A DNA stretch of 64,000 nt, taken from Planctomycetia bacterium (lineage in GTDB: Bacteria; Planctomycetota; Planctomycetia; Pirellulales; Thermoguttaceae). The stretch is from positions 1-64,000 of the forward strand of contig JAUNSJ010000001.1 of NCBI GenBank assembly GCA_030539295.1, read 5' to 3'. A model generated the notes under the pieces. It saw nothing but the letters and a program-made list of their open reading frames with translations. It ran no database searches and was not told where the DNA came from. This document shows positions 30,004-40,344 of this stretch, piece by piece (within the stretch, counting starts at the first letter, position 1; every line of letters begins with the position of its first letter). The translations under genes and the position numbers were made by a program.

Positions 30004-30408
30004 TTATTTTGCGGGATAGGGAACTTCAAAATCGAAGGTCTTTGTCCCGGAATCTACCTTGCACGTTGTTGTAAATTTTTCGTCGATTAAAGAGACAGGT
30101 TGCATCATGGGGCTTCCGCTCGGCCCTTTCACCTTACTCTCCTTCGTTTCTGTTGCACCGTCGACTCGAACGACATATTCGCCCGGAGGCAGACCGTCGC
30201 CAAGGTCCATCGAACCGAGAACATATTGCCCCTGCTCGTTCAGCGGGCCACGTGCCATGAAAGAATCTGTCGAAAAGGTAACAGTTCCCTTAGTGAGCGG
30301 CTTACCGTCGGGAAAGGTCACTTTCCCTGACAGAGGTACGTACCCTTTACCGCAGCCCATTGCGGCCAACAGTATAACAGTACACAAGACAATGACCATT
30401 TTTTTCAT
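30004..30408 (-). CDS. Small lipoprotein with a carboxypeptidase-regulatory-like (Ig-like) domain.
   Basis: Lipobox LLAAMGCGKG, then LSGKVTFPDGKPLTKGTVTF. This small lipoprotein type commonly sits beside DUF1559 genes in Planctomycetes. Confidence 0.6.
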   Translation of the reverse strand: MKKMVIVLCTVILLAAMGCGKGYVPLSGKVTFPDGKPLTKGTVTFSTDSFMARGPLNEQGQYVLGSMDLGDGLPPGEYVVRVDGATETKESKVKGPSGSPMMQPVSLIDEKFTTTCKVDSGTKTFDFEVPYPAK

Positions 30409-30467
30409 AATTTTTTCCTTTACTTTCTACTTAAACAATTTATTCATAAACAAATAATTTTCACACA

Positions 30468-31589
30468 CTAGGGAATAGCCGCGGAGAAACCATCGTCGAC
30501 GCAGCCCAGTCGTCGGAAAACACTCCAGTCCTTCTCGGGCGGGGTCCCGGCACCATTTGTGTAGCGGGCAACGCCCGTAGGCGTGGTCATGGAAAGTGGG
30601 CGAACAGCGCCGTCAGCCATAAGGAAATTAATCACGCCTGCATGCCAACTGCCCCAGGCTCCCTCCAGGTCAACGGGCTCTTCCCGCATCTGTCTGAAAC
30701 TACCCGCCAAGTCGCGTGCAGAGGTTCGGGCACCCCGGTCGCCAGTAACCAAAATGGAACAGTCATCCGTGTATTTAGAAATACCAGTTCCCCACGAGGA
30801 ATCGGATCCGCCGCACTTGTCGACCCAACCGAGCGCGATATGTTTTTCGCCCAGGACAATTTGATTGGAGGTACCGTCTTTTATATAGGAAAACGTGTCG
30901 CGAGGCATCCAGCCCTTAACCCCGGAACTTGCCGTATGACTGGCAACGCGGAACGGTCCCTGCTGCTGCACGGCCCAATAAGGGGTGTAGTTATCCCACC
31001 AGCTCGGAGCGCCACCATCTTCCGTGCCGCAGACCATGGCGTAGTCGCCTTGCGGTCCGTAGCTGCCATTGCCACTTAGCGGGCCGTCGTCGTAGCTCTC
31101 GGCAACGGTTGCGGGATAATGGGAGCCACCGCCGCGTCGCGTGGGACAGCGATACGCACTGATATTGTATCCTTTGCGCAGGTCGTCGGTCATGGACGCA
31201 TTGCACCAGAAATTCGCATTGGTCAGCTGGTCCTGGAAATCGTTCGTTCGGGTTTTGAGGTCGTCGTAAAGGGAAACCTGCTCCAGGTAGGGATAGATTA
31301 ACCCAAAGAAACTGACGCGTCTGCGGCCAGGCTCACCCGATTCATTACCCAGTCCGGTGCCACTATTCTCGCCCACACTCGAAGGGGGGAGGCCCTTATG
31401 CGCATCGTGGAAATTGTGGATCGCGATCCCGATCTGTTTGAGATTGTTGGTGCACTGCATACGTCGAGCCGCCTCGCGGGCCGCCTGAACCGCAGGGAGT
31501 AGCAAGGCGATTAGAATCCCAATAATCGCAATGACCACCAAGAGTTCAACCAACGTAAACCCACGCTCACTTTTTTTCATTTTCATCAT
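30468..31589 (-). CDS. DUF1559 protein with a prepilin-type N-terminal cleavage/methylation domain (type II pseudopilin-like).
   Basis: [62 protein letters not shown] is the hallmark N-terminus of the DUF1559 family. Confidence 0.9.
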   Translation of the reverse strand: MMKMKKSERGFTLVELLVVIAIIGILIALLLPAVQAAREAARRMQCTNNLKQIGIAIHNFHDAHKGLPPSSVGENSGTGLGNESGEPGRRRVSFFGLIYPYLEQVSLYDDLKTRTNDFQDQLTNANFWCNASMTDDLRKGYNISAYRCPTRRGGGSHYPATVAESYDDGPLSGNGSYGPQGDYAMVCGTEDGGAPSWWDNYTPYWAVQQQGPFRVASHTASSGVKGWMPRDTFSYIKDGTSNQIVLGEKHIALGWVDKCGGSDSSWGTGISKYTDDCSILVTGDRGARTSARDLAGSFRQMREEPVDLEGAWGSWHAGVINFLMADGAVRPLSMTTPTGVARYTNGAGTPPEKDWSVFRRLGCVDDGFSAAIP

Positions 31590-31625
31590 GATATTTTCCT
31601 CCTCTATGCATTTATTTGTATTTCG

Positions 31626-32675
31626 TTAGGGAACGGTAACCGTAAAGCCATCGTTGACACAACCCAGGCGTCTAAAGACGCTCCAGTCGGCTTGATCCGG
31701 CGTGCCCTCATCCTTATAATAATGTCGCACACCGGTCGGTGTGGTCATGGATAAGGCACGAACGGAGCCATCGGCCAGCAGGAAATTAATCACGCCCGAG
31801 TGCTCACTGGACCAGGACCCGTCGTTCTGAAAAGGTTCTTCACGCATACGGAATCCGGCCGCGTAGTCGCCCGTCGTGGCCGCCGCTCCGTGACCCCCGG
31901 TCACAAAGATGGAGCAGTCGACAGGATTCGCCGCGCCGCAACGATTAATCTGATTCGAGGGGATATGTTTCTCGCCCAGGATGACCTGATTTGACGTGCC
32001 ATCCATGAGCCAGGCAAAGGTATCGCGAGGCCGCCATCCGACCACGCTCGCGGTCGATATGTCATGAACCGCAACGCGAAACGCCGAGTTACAGACACTG
32101 GCCCAGTAGGGAGTGTAATGATCCCACCAGCGAGGCGGATTGTTGTCAACCATGCCGCCAACGATGGCATAATCGCCTTGCGGGCCATAGCTACCCACGT
32201 CGTAAGACCCCGCTGTGTCGTCGTAGCCGGACTCCGTTGATTGACCAGGCAAATACATTTCCGCACTGCGGCGTGACGGGCACCGATAGCCGGCTATATT
32301 GTAGCCGCGCCGCATTTCGTTTGTCATTGAGGCATTAAACCAGAAATTCGCGTTCGTCAAAAGATTTTGAAAATTCGCCGTACGAGTCCGAAGGTCGTCG
32401 TAGAGATTTGTCTGTTCCATATAGGGAAGGATAATCACAAAAAAGCTGGCTCGTTTACGCCCCGCTTCCGTACTTTCATTTCCCAGGCCAGTACCACTGT
32501 TCTCGCCAACGCATGAAGGCGGAAGTCCGTTGCGAACGTCATGGAAATTGTGGACGGCCAACCCAATCTGCTTGAGATTGTTCGTACACTCCATGCGTCG
32601 GGCCGCTTCGCGCGCTGCCTGGACCGCCGGTAAAAGCAGCGCGATTAAGATCCCGATAATCGCAATCACTACCAA
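31626..32675 (-). CDS. Second DUF1559 / prepilin-type N-terminal methylation protein. A tandem paralog (about 65% identical to 30468..31589) whose 5' end is disrupted by a C10/G10 homopolymer.
   Basis: The ORF as called starts inside the pilin TM helix ([10 protein letters not shown]...). In the same frame upstream it reads ...[18 protein letters not shown] with no start codon. A well-placed ATG with AAAAGGAGA RBS at 32782 is out of frame by 1 nt across the homopolymer at 32724-32733. Confidence 0.8.
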   Translation of the reverse strand: MVVIAIIGILIALLLPAVQAAREAARRMECTNNLKQIGLAVHNFHDVRNGLPPSCVGENSGTGLGNESTEAGRKRASFFVIILPYMEQTNLYDDLRTRTANFQNLLTNANFWFNASMTNEMRRGYNIAGYRCPSRRSAEMYLPGQSTESGYDDTAGSYDVGSYGPQGDYAIVGGMVDNNPPRWWDHYTPYWASVCNSAFRVAVHDISTASVVGWRPRDTFAWLMDGTSNQVILGEKHIPSNQINRCGAANPVDCSIFVTGGHGAAATTGDYAAGFRMREEPFQNDGSWSSEHSGVINFLLADGSVRALSMTTPTGVRHYYKDEGTPDQADWSVFRRLGCVNDGFTVTVP

Positions 32676-32723
32676 AAGTTCAACCAGGGTAAACGCTAAA
32701 ATCTTCTTTAGAGAGAAAAAACT

Positions 32724-32733
32724 CCCCCCCCCC
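32724..32733 (-). repeat. Homopolymeric C10 (G10 on the coding strand) tract between the RBS/ATG (32782) and the prepilin motif of the second DUF1559 gene.
   Basis: Read directly: actcccccccccc gcag. One extra G would fuse [16 protein letters not shown] to ...[27 protein letters not shown]. Confidence 0.7.
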
Positions 32734-33244
32734 GCAGTTTGCCTAACTCAATCGTTTTACACTTTCCAAGTTTTGTTGTCATGTCTCTGTCTCCTTTTCA
32801 AGGTGAAATTGAAAGTAAATTTTCGTGTGTTCACAAGCACATTTTGGCCGCACTGCTGCCAAGTTTCGTTTGTTTCGTTACGTTTTCATTTTGATTCTCC
32901 TCACAAGTCAAAAGTTTTCATGTTGACGAGAGACAAGTTTTTTCGTTGTCTCGGGCCTCGTTAAATTCAATCTTCTCACATTATAATACAATCGAAAGAA
33001 GATGTCAAACCAATTTTGCGAAAAATCGACCCTAATTTTGCGCAATTTTTTAGGGGTTAAATTGGGTACTCGTCCTTGTTTTTACGAGGTTTTCGTATAT
33101 TTTCGGGAGTGAGTCATAAAATCTGGGGCCATAAATTTTTTGTGAGCCCGAGGGCCGCGACCGACAAGGCAAAATCCACGCATCTGGCAATGAACTTGCC
33201 ACGGGGTGAATTCCGGGGCAAGTCCATTTCGGTAAAACGCAAAG

Positions 33245-36200
33245 TTACCGGGCGTTAATGATTATGTTCTTCAGGAGTCGTTCCCCGGCAGGACTGACGC
33301 CAAGGGACTCACGAATGAGAAACGTTGAGATAATGACGTTTCCCTTGCCGTGTTCATATGTTGCCAGCATGAGTCCGGATTCATAATCCTGGGACGCCTT
33401 AATTGCTCCTGCAATCGCTTGACCCGGCGCAACGGTATCCTTTAGGCAGGTATCCGGAATGATTTCACGGTAATATTGGTTGTCCATAAGACCCCCGGCA
33501 GGCATACCGTCGAAGAAGGGATGAAGTTTTGACCATTCATCCTTCTGGTACAACCAGCTGTAGATACCGCCAAAGGTGCCTTTATCGGTCATAAAGAGCT
33601 TGTTGGCAGCTTCATTCTGGAAATATTCGTGGCACAGAAAAACGACCGTAGCACCGTTGCGAACGGCGGTATCCAGTAGCGCCGGGTCACAGTCCGCACG
33701 CTCTGCGCCTTTGGTTACCAGAATCAAAGAATCTTTGGAAAGCTTATCGGCAGCGGCCGGACTTGCCTGAATTCCATTTGCATTACACCAATCAAGAAAA
33801 TCTTTATCTTCATTCCAGATTAAGACAGGGTTTTGAACGACTGGCATGTCCTTTTGATCCGTAACGAAGAACTTCACTTCGCCACCGGCGGGTGCGCCTC
33901 CTTTTTCCAGGGTCACGACGTAGCGATAGGTCCCCCCTGCGAAATCAAAAGCGATATCGTCAGAAAAACAAAGTTTTGCGAAAGGAGGTTCCTTGACGCC
34001 CGGCGCGTCTATTGTAACGGTAAACGGCTTTGCAAAAACTTTTTTGCCACGTTCGTCAAAGATTTCGGCACGTGCGGGGTAGTCGCCCGGGGCAAGCATA
34101 TCCTCGTTCGAAATGACCGCTTCCAGGTGGAGATTTTTTCCACGGTATAAATGAATCGGCTCGGCGAAAACAGACCAGCGAAGAGGTGCCCAGGCGTCAA
34201 AAACAGCGTCAATAGTGCCAGGCTTCATTTCACGGAAAGGCGTTGTTAATCCTTCACCCGTTAAAACGTGGTCAATACCCCCGGTCAGGCTGTGTCCAAC
34301 GATATTTGGATTCGACCGAATCGCGTTTAAACCGATGGATCGCTGTCCAGCCATTTTACTTATGCTCTGGGCAAAGAAATCTTCCGGCCGGTCGAACGCT
34401 TCTTCCAATCGCCATTTATCCCAGTCGAGCATGTATTTATCGAGCTGCTTTTGGTAGTATTTGGCGTCGAAGAGATGCTCCGACTTGTACTGTTCAAAAA
34501 AACGAACGGTGCGAATCAGATCGACGGCGCTACCAATGCCATATTCGGTAAGAAATAACGGTTGGTCGCTATTCGTGAGATAACCCTGATTTGTGCGCAA
34601 AAAGTTAACAATATCCGCAGTATGAGGGACACGCTGATAGGGATGCTGGTCCTGAACGAGGTCCTCCCAGACAAGAGAATCGGGATTCGACAGCGTACCC
34701 GGCGCGGCCTTGCCACTGCCTGAACGATTCAAATCGTATTGTGCCCACTTTGTAACGTCCGGAGTCTCGGATCCGGGAAGAACGCCATAAGTCCAAGCGG
34801 CCCCTTCGAGCGGAACAGACGAAAAATCATCCGCAACGCTCCACTTTTTACCGTTTAGCAGCAGGGTTGCGGCAAGGCCTGTCGTATCGCCGCCGTAATT
34901 CCTGTTACCGGAACCGACGATGAAATCCAGTGTATCGCCTTTTGTAACGGTCAGTCCCTTCTTCTCGAAAGAAACCGAGTTCTCCTGACCATTCAGGTTA
35001 ATAAAAGAATCAAATATCGGCCTGCCCTGGAGAAAAACGTGAACATCGGTGGTGGCCCGCTCCGCGTAGCCTTCGAAAGAGGCGGTCAAGTCGAGCGTGC
35101 CACTGTCCGGGGCCGTCCAGCGAACCACGGAATATTCGTTATTTTTGCCAGGGTGCAATGCAACGGAGTTCGCCGGCCAGGTAATGCCAAGAGTGCCGAT
35201 TTGATCGGAAGTTGGATTCTTTCCGACGAAGGGGTCCTGCTCCTGACCTGACCAACGCTGTATTCTCTTGTCCATCCCGCCGCCGGACCAGGTGTCCCAG
35301 CGACCACTATTGAGCAGCACCATACGACTGGAATCGAGCTGGCGTACAAAGGGGAGCGAGTCGACGGCAAAACGGAAAATGACCGAGTGGGCCTGTATTT
35401 CATTGAGGAGTCCCCAAATGACGATACTGGGGTGATTTCTATCCCGCTTAATCAAGTCGCCAAGACCACTGTGCCATCGGACGCTGGCGTTGGGCGAATC
35501 CTGCATATCGTGGGACGTATAAGGTTCATTATAAACCATGAGCCCTATTTCATCGCAGTAGTCGAGTTGTTCCGGATACGAACCGCCCCAAATGAAGCGA
35601 ACCATGTTGAATCCCATTGTCTTAAGATTAAGGAGGTCGCGTCGCCAGAGGTCCGGGTCGTGCGGGAACTGCAGGCCGATGGGGTAATTATTGACGGTGT
35701 GCGTACTCTTAATGTAGATGCGTTTGCCATTGAGTCGGAAGTATCCGTTTTCGAAGCGGAAATCGCGAAATCCGAACCGGGCGGATTTTTCAGAAAATGT
35801 GTTATTGTCAGGGGTTACAAGCCTAACCGTCGCGCGATACAAGGCAGGGGAATTCAACTCCCACAAGCGCGGATTGTTTACCTTTGCCGTCATTTCAATT
35901 GTGGAAAGGCCCTGCTCGCATGGGCATGAATTGGTCACGGAAATCACCGTATCGCCGCTGCGGCCATCGCTAATACAAAGCTCAAGTTGATTTTGCGTAA
36001 CTGTCGCGGAAGCGTTGTTGACAGTAATACGAACCTTGACCGTGCCATCGATACGAGCGTCGACATAAACATCGTCCAGATAGACTGCCGGAACCGCTTC
36101 AAGTCGGACGGAACCTGTTATGCCGCCATGGTTTATGCTGCCGCCGGCGTAGACGAAGGGCATTTTCTTGCAGCGACGTGGCGTCTGGTCAAAGACAATT

Positions 36201-36667
36201 CCGTCGATCGGTTCGTTTATCGGATTCAAAACGCGAACGGCCAGGAAATTATTTCCGTTGCGGTTAAGGGCCTCGGTTACGTCAAAGACGAAAGGCGTTT
36301 CGCCTCCTTCATGCTTACCGAGCAGCGTTCCATTAAGCCAGAATTCGCCGTAATAATCGACCTGGTCAAAATGGAGAAGATAGCGGCCTCCCTGCTGAAA
36401 CGTCGCGGGCACCTCGAACTGGCGCCAGTACCAGACCAGTCCGTTGTAGTCCGGGAAGGTCCCTTGTAGAATCCACGGGACTTTACACGCAACAGCGTCG
36501 GCAGCAACTTCGCAGTTCCAGTTCTTGTCGCGTCCGGAATTATCCGGGTCCCTGGCGATGTGCCAAGAGCCGTCGAGAGACAATTGGTCCGTGGCGGCGG
36601 GCAAAGGGGCGGTCGCGAGCAAGCAGGACAGTAAAAGGAACCAAAAACCAAGATTCTTTCTGTGCAT
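33245..36667 (-). CDS. Secreted glycoside hydrolase family 2 (beta-galactosidase/beta-mannosidase-like) protein with C-terminal accessory domains (1,140 aa).
   Basis: Signal peptide. GH2 sugar-binding domain (WYWRQFEVP...YLLHFDQVDYYGEFWLNGTLLGKHEGGETPFVFDVT). TIM-barrel motif NHPSIVIWGLLNEI with the catalytic Glu. Confidence 0.8.
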   Translation of the reverse strand: MHRKNLGFWFLLLSCLLATAPLPAATDQLSLDGSWHIARDPDNSGRDKNWNCEVAADAVACKVPWILQGTFPDYNGLVWYWRQFEVPATFQQGGRYLLHFDQVDYYGEFWLNGTLLGKHEGGETPFVFDVTEALNRNGNNFLAVRVLNPINEPIDGIVFDQTPRRCKKMPFVYAGGSINHGGITGSVRLEAVPAVYLDDVYVDARIDGTVKVRITVNNASATVTQNQLELCISDGRSGDTVISVTNSCPCEQGLSTIEMTAKVNNPRLWELNSPALYRATVRLVTPDNNTFSEKSARFGFRDFRFENGYFRLNGKRIYIKSTHTVNNYPIGLQFPHDPDLWRRDLLNLKTMGFNMVRFIWGGSYPEQLDYCDEIGLMVYNEPYTSHDMQDSPNASVRWHSGLGDLIKRDRNHPSIVIWGLLNEIQAHSVIFRFAVDSLPFVRQLDSSRMVLLNSGRWDTWSGGGMDKRIQRWSGQEQDPFVGKNPTSDQIGTLGITWPANSVALHPGKNNEYSVVRWTAPDSGTLDLTASFEGYAERATTDVHVFLQGRPIFDSFINLNGQENSVSFEKKGLTVTKGDTLDFIVGSGNRNYGGDTTGLAATLLLNGKKWSVADDFSSVPLEGAAWTYGVLPGSETPDVTKWAQYDLNRSGSGKAAPGTLSNPDSLVWEDLVQDQHPYQRVPHTADIVNFLRTNQGYLTNSDQPLFLTEYGIGSAVDLIRTVRFFEQYKSEHLFDAKYYQKQLDKYMLDWDKWRLEEAFDRPEDFFAQSISKMAGQRSIGLNAIRSNPNIVGHSLTGGIDHVLTGEGLTTPFREMKPGTIDAVFDAWAPLRWSVFAEPIHLYRGKNLHLEAVISNEDMLAPGDYPARAEIFDERGKKVFAKPFTVTIDAPGVKEPPFAKLCFSDDIAFDFAGGTYRYVVTLEKGGAPAGGEVKFFVTDQKDMPVVQNPVLIWNEDKDFLDWCNANGIQASPAAADKLSKDSLILVTKGAERADCDPALLDTAVRNGATVVFLCHEYFQNEAANKLFMTDKGTFGGIYSWLYQKDEWSKLHPFFDGMPAGGLMDNQYYREIIPDTCLKDTVAPGQAIAGAIKASQDYESGLMLATYEHGKGNVIISTFLIRESLGVSPAGERLLKNIIINAR

Positions 36668-36765
36668 TGAATTAAACCTCCTTATTAGTTTTTTAGTTTA
36701 AAAACACTTCCTTTTCAGGAACAATAGTGACATTATACCAAGCGGCGTCGGGCAAGTCAATTAAA

Positions 36766-36803
36766 TATTGCGCAATTTCGCCCCTAAAATAGCGCAATAT
36801 TTT
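36766..36803. promoter_or_regulatory. Two palindromic ATTGCGCAAT-type sites about 22 bp apart in the divergent GH2/CheBR intergenic region. Candidate operator.
   Basis: AATATTGCGCAATttcgcccctaaaaTAGCGCAATATT. The first half is a perfect 10-bp palindrome; the second has one mismatch. A related TTTTGCGCAATTTT lies at 33034-33047 on the other side of the GH2 gene. Confidence 0.3.
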
Positions 36804-37257
36804 GTCTTGTTTTTCGTCTTTAAGTGCTTGTTATACATTAGGATACATTGACTTTTGAGAGACGACAGATAGGTCAGGGAATCATCTGTCGGCATCGTGC
36901 CGGTTCGGTTTTGGTCCCGGAGCTGCGGTGTTCTTGCGGAGGAGTCGTGGAGTCCGCATAAAGGTACGGGTGCCGAAAAAACGCGGAAAAAACAATAGAA
37001 TATCGAAAATTTTTTGAATTACAGGGAATAAAGAACTTGACATAGAAACACGCGGCAAGTATAATGGAGATGTCAAGGTGGGGACCAGCATTGACAGCGT
37101 AATATGCCAGGAACAGATCGGACGGGGGAATTGTTTCCGAATGCTCAGAGTCCTGATACTCTACTGTCATATTTATTGGAATTCCACTTTCTGCTGTCAA
37201 TCACAGGAATATTAAGATCGCTACACGGAGCTGGATCGGGTTCCGTGCCATTGGGTC

Positions 37258-38268
37258 ATGTTAACGTGTAACGACACGTTAAGAAACAGCATTAAGGAGC
37301 GTATGATGGACGAGTCGCGAGACAAAAAAGTAACACCAGAAGACGGTGGCAACACGAACGAGAGCACGAATGACGCCTCGAATGAGACCAATTCGGGAGA
37401 GCACAGCCGAGGATCCAATGGGACCGTCTACGAGAACCTGGAAAGCAGCGGAATGAATAAGAACCACGCGGAATTTCCGATTGTTGGTATTGGGGCGTCG
37501 GCTGGTGGTCTGGAAGCATTGCAGGAATTTTTCGACAATATGATCTCGGACCCGGGCGCGGCCTTTGTGGTCATCCAGCACCTGTCTCCTGACTACAAGA
37601 GTTTTATGGGTGAGTTACTGGGCCGCCATACGACGATTCCCATTCACGTGGTCACAGACAAGATGAAGATTGAGGTCAACCACATCTATCTGATTCCTCC
37701 TAAAATGAATATGACCATTCGCGGCGGCGTACTTTACTTGAAAGAGATCATCGGTCGCAGTCTTAACCTGCCCATTGATATTTTCTTCCGTTCGCTGGCG
37801 GAGGACCAGCAGAGTAACGCGGTCGGTATTATTCTTTCCGGAACGGGTTCGGACGGAACTCTTGGTATCCGCGCGATTAAGGAGTTTGGCGGCGTAACCA
37901 TGGTGCAGGATGACCAGTCGGCGAAGTTCGATGGCATGCCACGCAGTTCCATCTCGACCGGCATGGTCGACCTGATCCTGTCGCCCGACGATCTGGCTAA
38001 AGAGCTGGCCAATTACATTAAGCACCCGATTATTAACCACACCAGCCCGGTGGAAGACCAGTTATTGCAGAACCAAAGCCTGTACAACAAGGTCATTGCG
38101 ATTCTGCACGAGGCCAAAAATGTCGACTTTTCGACCTATAAGCAGAATACCATCGTGCGGCGTTTGGAGAAACGAATTTCGATCAACCGGTTCGTCAAGG
38201 TAATCGATTACGTTTCCTACCTGGCCGCCACGCCAAAGGAAATTATGCCCTGTTTAACGACCTGTTGA
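37258..38268 (+). CDS. CheB-type methylesterase domain: the N-terminal part of a CheB-CheR fusion that is interrupted by a frameshift.
   Basis: CheB_methylest motifs (VGIGASAGGLEALQEFF, AFVVIQHLSPDY, HIYLIPP). Ends ...[20 protein letters not shown], exactly where the CheR_N consensus (..[16 protein letters not shown]) continues in another frame. Confidence 0.75.
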   Translation: MLTCNDTLRNSIKERMMDESRDKKVTPEDGGNTNESTNDASNETNSGEHSRGSNGTVYENLESSGMNKNHAEFPIVGIGASAGGLEALQEFFDNMISDPGAAFVVIQHLSPDYKSFMGELLGRHTTIPIHVVTDKMKIEVNHIYLIPPKMNMTIRGGVLYLKEIIGRSLNLPIDIFFRSLAEDQQSNAVGIILSGTGSDGTLGIRAIKEFGGVTMVQDDQSAKFDGMPRSSISTGMVDLILSPDDLAKELANYIKHPIINHTSPVEDQLLQNQSLYNKVIAILHEAKNVDFSTYKQNTIVRRLEKRISINRFVKVIDYVSYLAATPKEIMPCLTTC

Positions 38269-39971
38269 TTGGCGTTACGCGGTTCTTTCGAGACGAGAAA
38301 GTTTTCGAGGTTTTAGCCGATTCCATACTCCCGGCCATCTTTGAGAAGCATACGGACAAGAGCGAGATTCGCGTCTGGGTCCCCGGCTGTTCCACCGGAG
38401 AAGAGGCGTACACCATCGCCATGCTGATTAAAGACTATATGCTTCGCAATAATATACTGAATGATGTAAAAATCTTTGCGACGGATATTGACGAAGATTC
38501 CTTGAGTTATGCGAGTTCCGGATTCTATCCGAGCAATATTTCGGCCGACGTCCCCCAAAAATACCTGGTCAAATATTTTGTGCGACACGATAATGGTTAC
38601 CAGATAAACGACAACATACGTCGCATGATTATTTTTGCGCGGCACAATGTCATCGACGAGCCGCCGTTCTCGAAGCTGGACATGGTCTCGTGCCGCAACC
38701 TCCTGATTTACATCGACTTGGAAACCCAGTTACAGATTCTCTCGACGTTCCATGTCTGCCTGAAGCCGGACGGTATTTTGTTCCTCGGCTCCAGCGAATC
38801 TCTCGGCAAACTGGCCGACGGATTTGATATTCTCGACAGTAAGGCAAAGATATTCAAGAAGAGGAATCGGTTCAAACCGGAGTTTTATCCCTCTTCCTCA
38901 ATCAGTGTCCCGCTGCATCGGAACAGGACGGACCTGTCACTTCAGAACGCGGGCAAGCTCATGAAGCAGGGGAGTCGTCACTTGAGCTATGTGTTCGAGG
39001 ATATTGTGAACTCGTTTCTGCCACCGTCGGTGATTATTGATTCGAATTACAATCTTTTATACTTTATTCGTAACGCCGGTGATTTCCTCCAAATACCGCA
39101 AGGGGAAATGACCATCAATCTGCTCCGCATGCTGCCGAAAGAAATAGGGGTAGCCGTTTCCAGCGTTATACGCAGGGCAGAAAAGAAGAATGGTGAAATT
39201 ATTTCGATGGAAATCGTCACCATGAAGCAGCAGATTAACATAACGTGCAAACGAATTGTAACCGTGGACGATGATTTCCCCTGTTACTACATTAGTTTTG
39301 CCGAAGTTCATGTTTCCGACGCGGTTAAGATTGACGAAAAGACGTTACCGCTGGACATAAGCAATCAGTATCAGGAACGCATTGAGGAACTGGAACGCGA
39401 GATTCAGCATAAGAACGAGAGTCTTCAGGCAACGGTTGAGGAGCTGGAAACCAGTAACGAAGAGTTGCAGTCGAGCAATGAGGAATTGATCGCCAGTAAC
39501 GAAGAGTTGCAAAGTACGAACGAAGAATTGCAGTCGGTCAATGAGGAACTGTACACGGTCAACGCGGAGCACTTGCGCAAAATCGAGGAAATGACCGAGC
39601 TGAATGCCGACTATGACAACCTCCTGAACAATACGCAAATCGGGACGCTCTTCCTTGACAAGGACCTGGTCATCCGTAAGGTAAGCTCCGTTGCCAGCAA
39701 CATAACCAACATTATCCAAAACGATATTGGTCGTCCGCTACACCACCTGGCACTAAGCACGCTGTACCCTGATTTCATCAAAGACGTGGACCATGTCAAC
39801 GAAACGTTGCAAAGTATAGAGCGTGAGTTACCCTATCGGAATAAGGTTTACTTTATGCGGATCGTGCCCTATCGTACGAAGGAGAAGGCAGTAAAAGGAA
39901 TCATAATCACTTTTATTGAATTCACCGCGTTAAAGGAAGCCGTGAATGCGGCCAGTTCGGAAACGCCCTGA
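38265..39971 (+). CDS. CheR-type SAM methyltransferase, NEEL-heptad coiled coil and C-terminal PAS domain: the C-terminal part of the CheB-CheR fusion.
   Basis: [17 protein letters not shown]...[21 protein letters not shown] (CheR). [37 protein letters not shown] repeats. PAS-like C-terminus. The frame is open upstream to about 38150 and reads ...[13 protein letters not shown]. Confidence 0.8.
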   Translation: MIGVTRFFRDEKVFEVLADSILPAIFEKHTDKSEIRVWVPGCSTGEEAYTIAMLIKDYMLRNNILNDVKIFATDIDEDSLSYASSGFYPSNISADVPQKYLVKYFVRHDNGYQINDNIRRMIIFARHNVIDEPPFSKLDMVSCRNLLIYIDLETQLQILSTFHVCLKPDGILFLGSSESLGKLADGFDILDSKAKIFKKRNRFKPEFYPSSSISVPLHRNRTDLSLQNAGKLMKQGSRHLSYVFEDIVNSFLPPSVIIDSNYNLLYFIRNAGDFLQIPQGEMTINLLRMLPKEIGVAVSSVIRRAEKKNGEIISMEIVTMKQQINITCKRIVTVDDDFPCYYISFAEVHVSDAVKIDEKTLPLDISNQYQERIEELEREIQHKNESLQATVEELETSNEELQSSNEELIASNEELQSTNEELQSVNEELYTVNAEHLRKIEEMTELNADYDNLLNNTQIGTLFLDKDLVIRKVSSVASNITNIIQNDIGRPLHHLALSTLYPDFIKDVDHVNETLQSIERELPYRNKVYFMRIVPYRTKEKAVKGIIITFIEFTALKEAVNAASSETP

Positions 39972-40344
39972 TTCGAGGAAACGCCCTGCCTGAAGAATGG
40001 GGAGCAGGCGACTGCCCGACACGGAAACGTGCTCCCCTTTTACCGAATGGCGAGCCGGCAAAGCGACTGTTTGCGTGTACCTCAATTCGTGGTGTACTCG
40101 AGCTGTGTTCGGCGGAAAACGGCTCCGAGGCCTGTGTTCTTCCTTGCCGGTCCCCCTGTCGCAAGAAGAAAAAACGACTATACTATAATTGTTACGTATT
40201 GTGTCAGGAAGGTCGTTCGGAACTGCCATTTACGTGGTTGTATCCGAGCGTCCTGTAGCGACCTGACCAAGGACATGTTTTTCCCGGCGGTCCTGCCCGA
40301 TTACCCTGTAATCCGACCAGCCAGAGGCCCGCAACGGGAAACAA

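Noticed and set aside
39400-39560. Periodic DNA repeats (21-nt period) that might suggest a CRISPR or tandem-repeat locus.
   Set aside because: They encode the NEEL heptad coiled coil ([16 protein letters not shown]...) of the CheR-PAS protein. They are coding, with no spacers and no cas genes.
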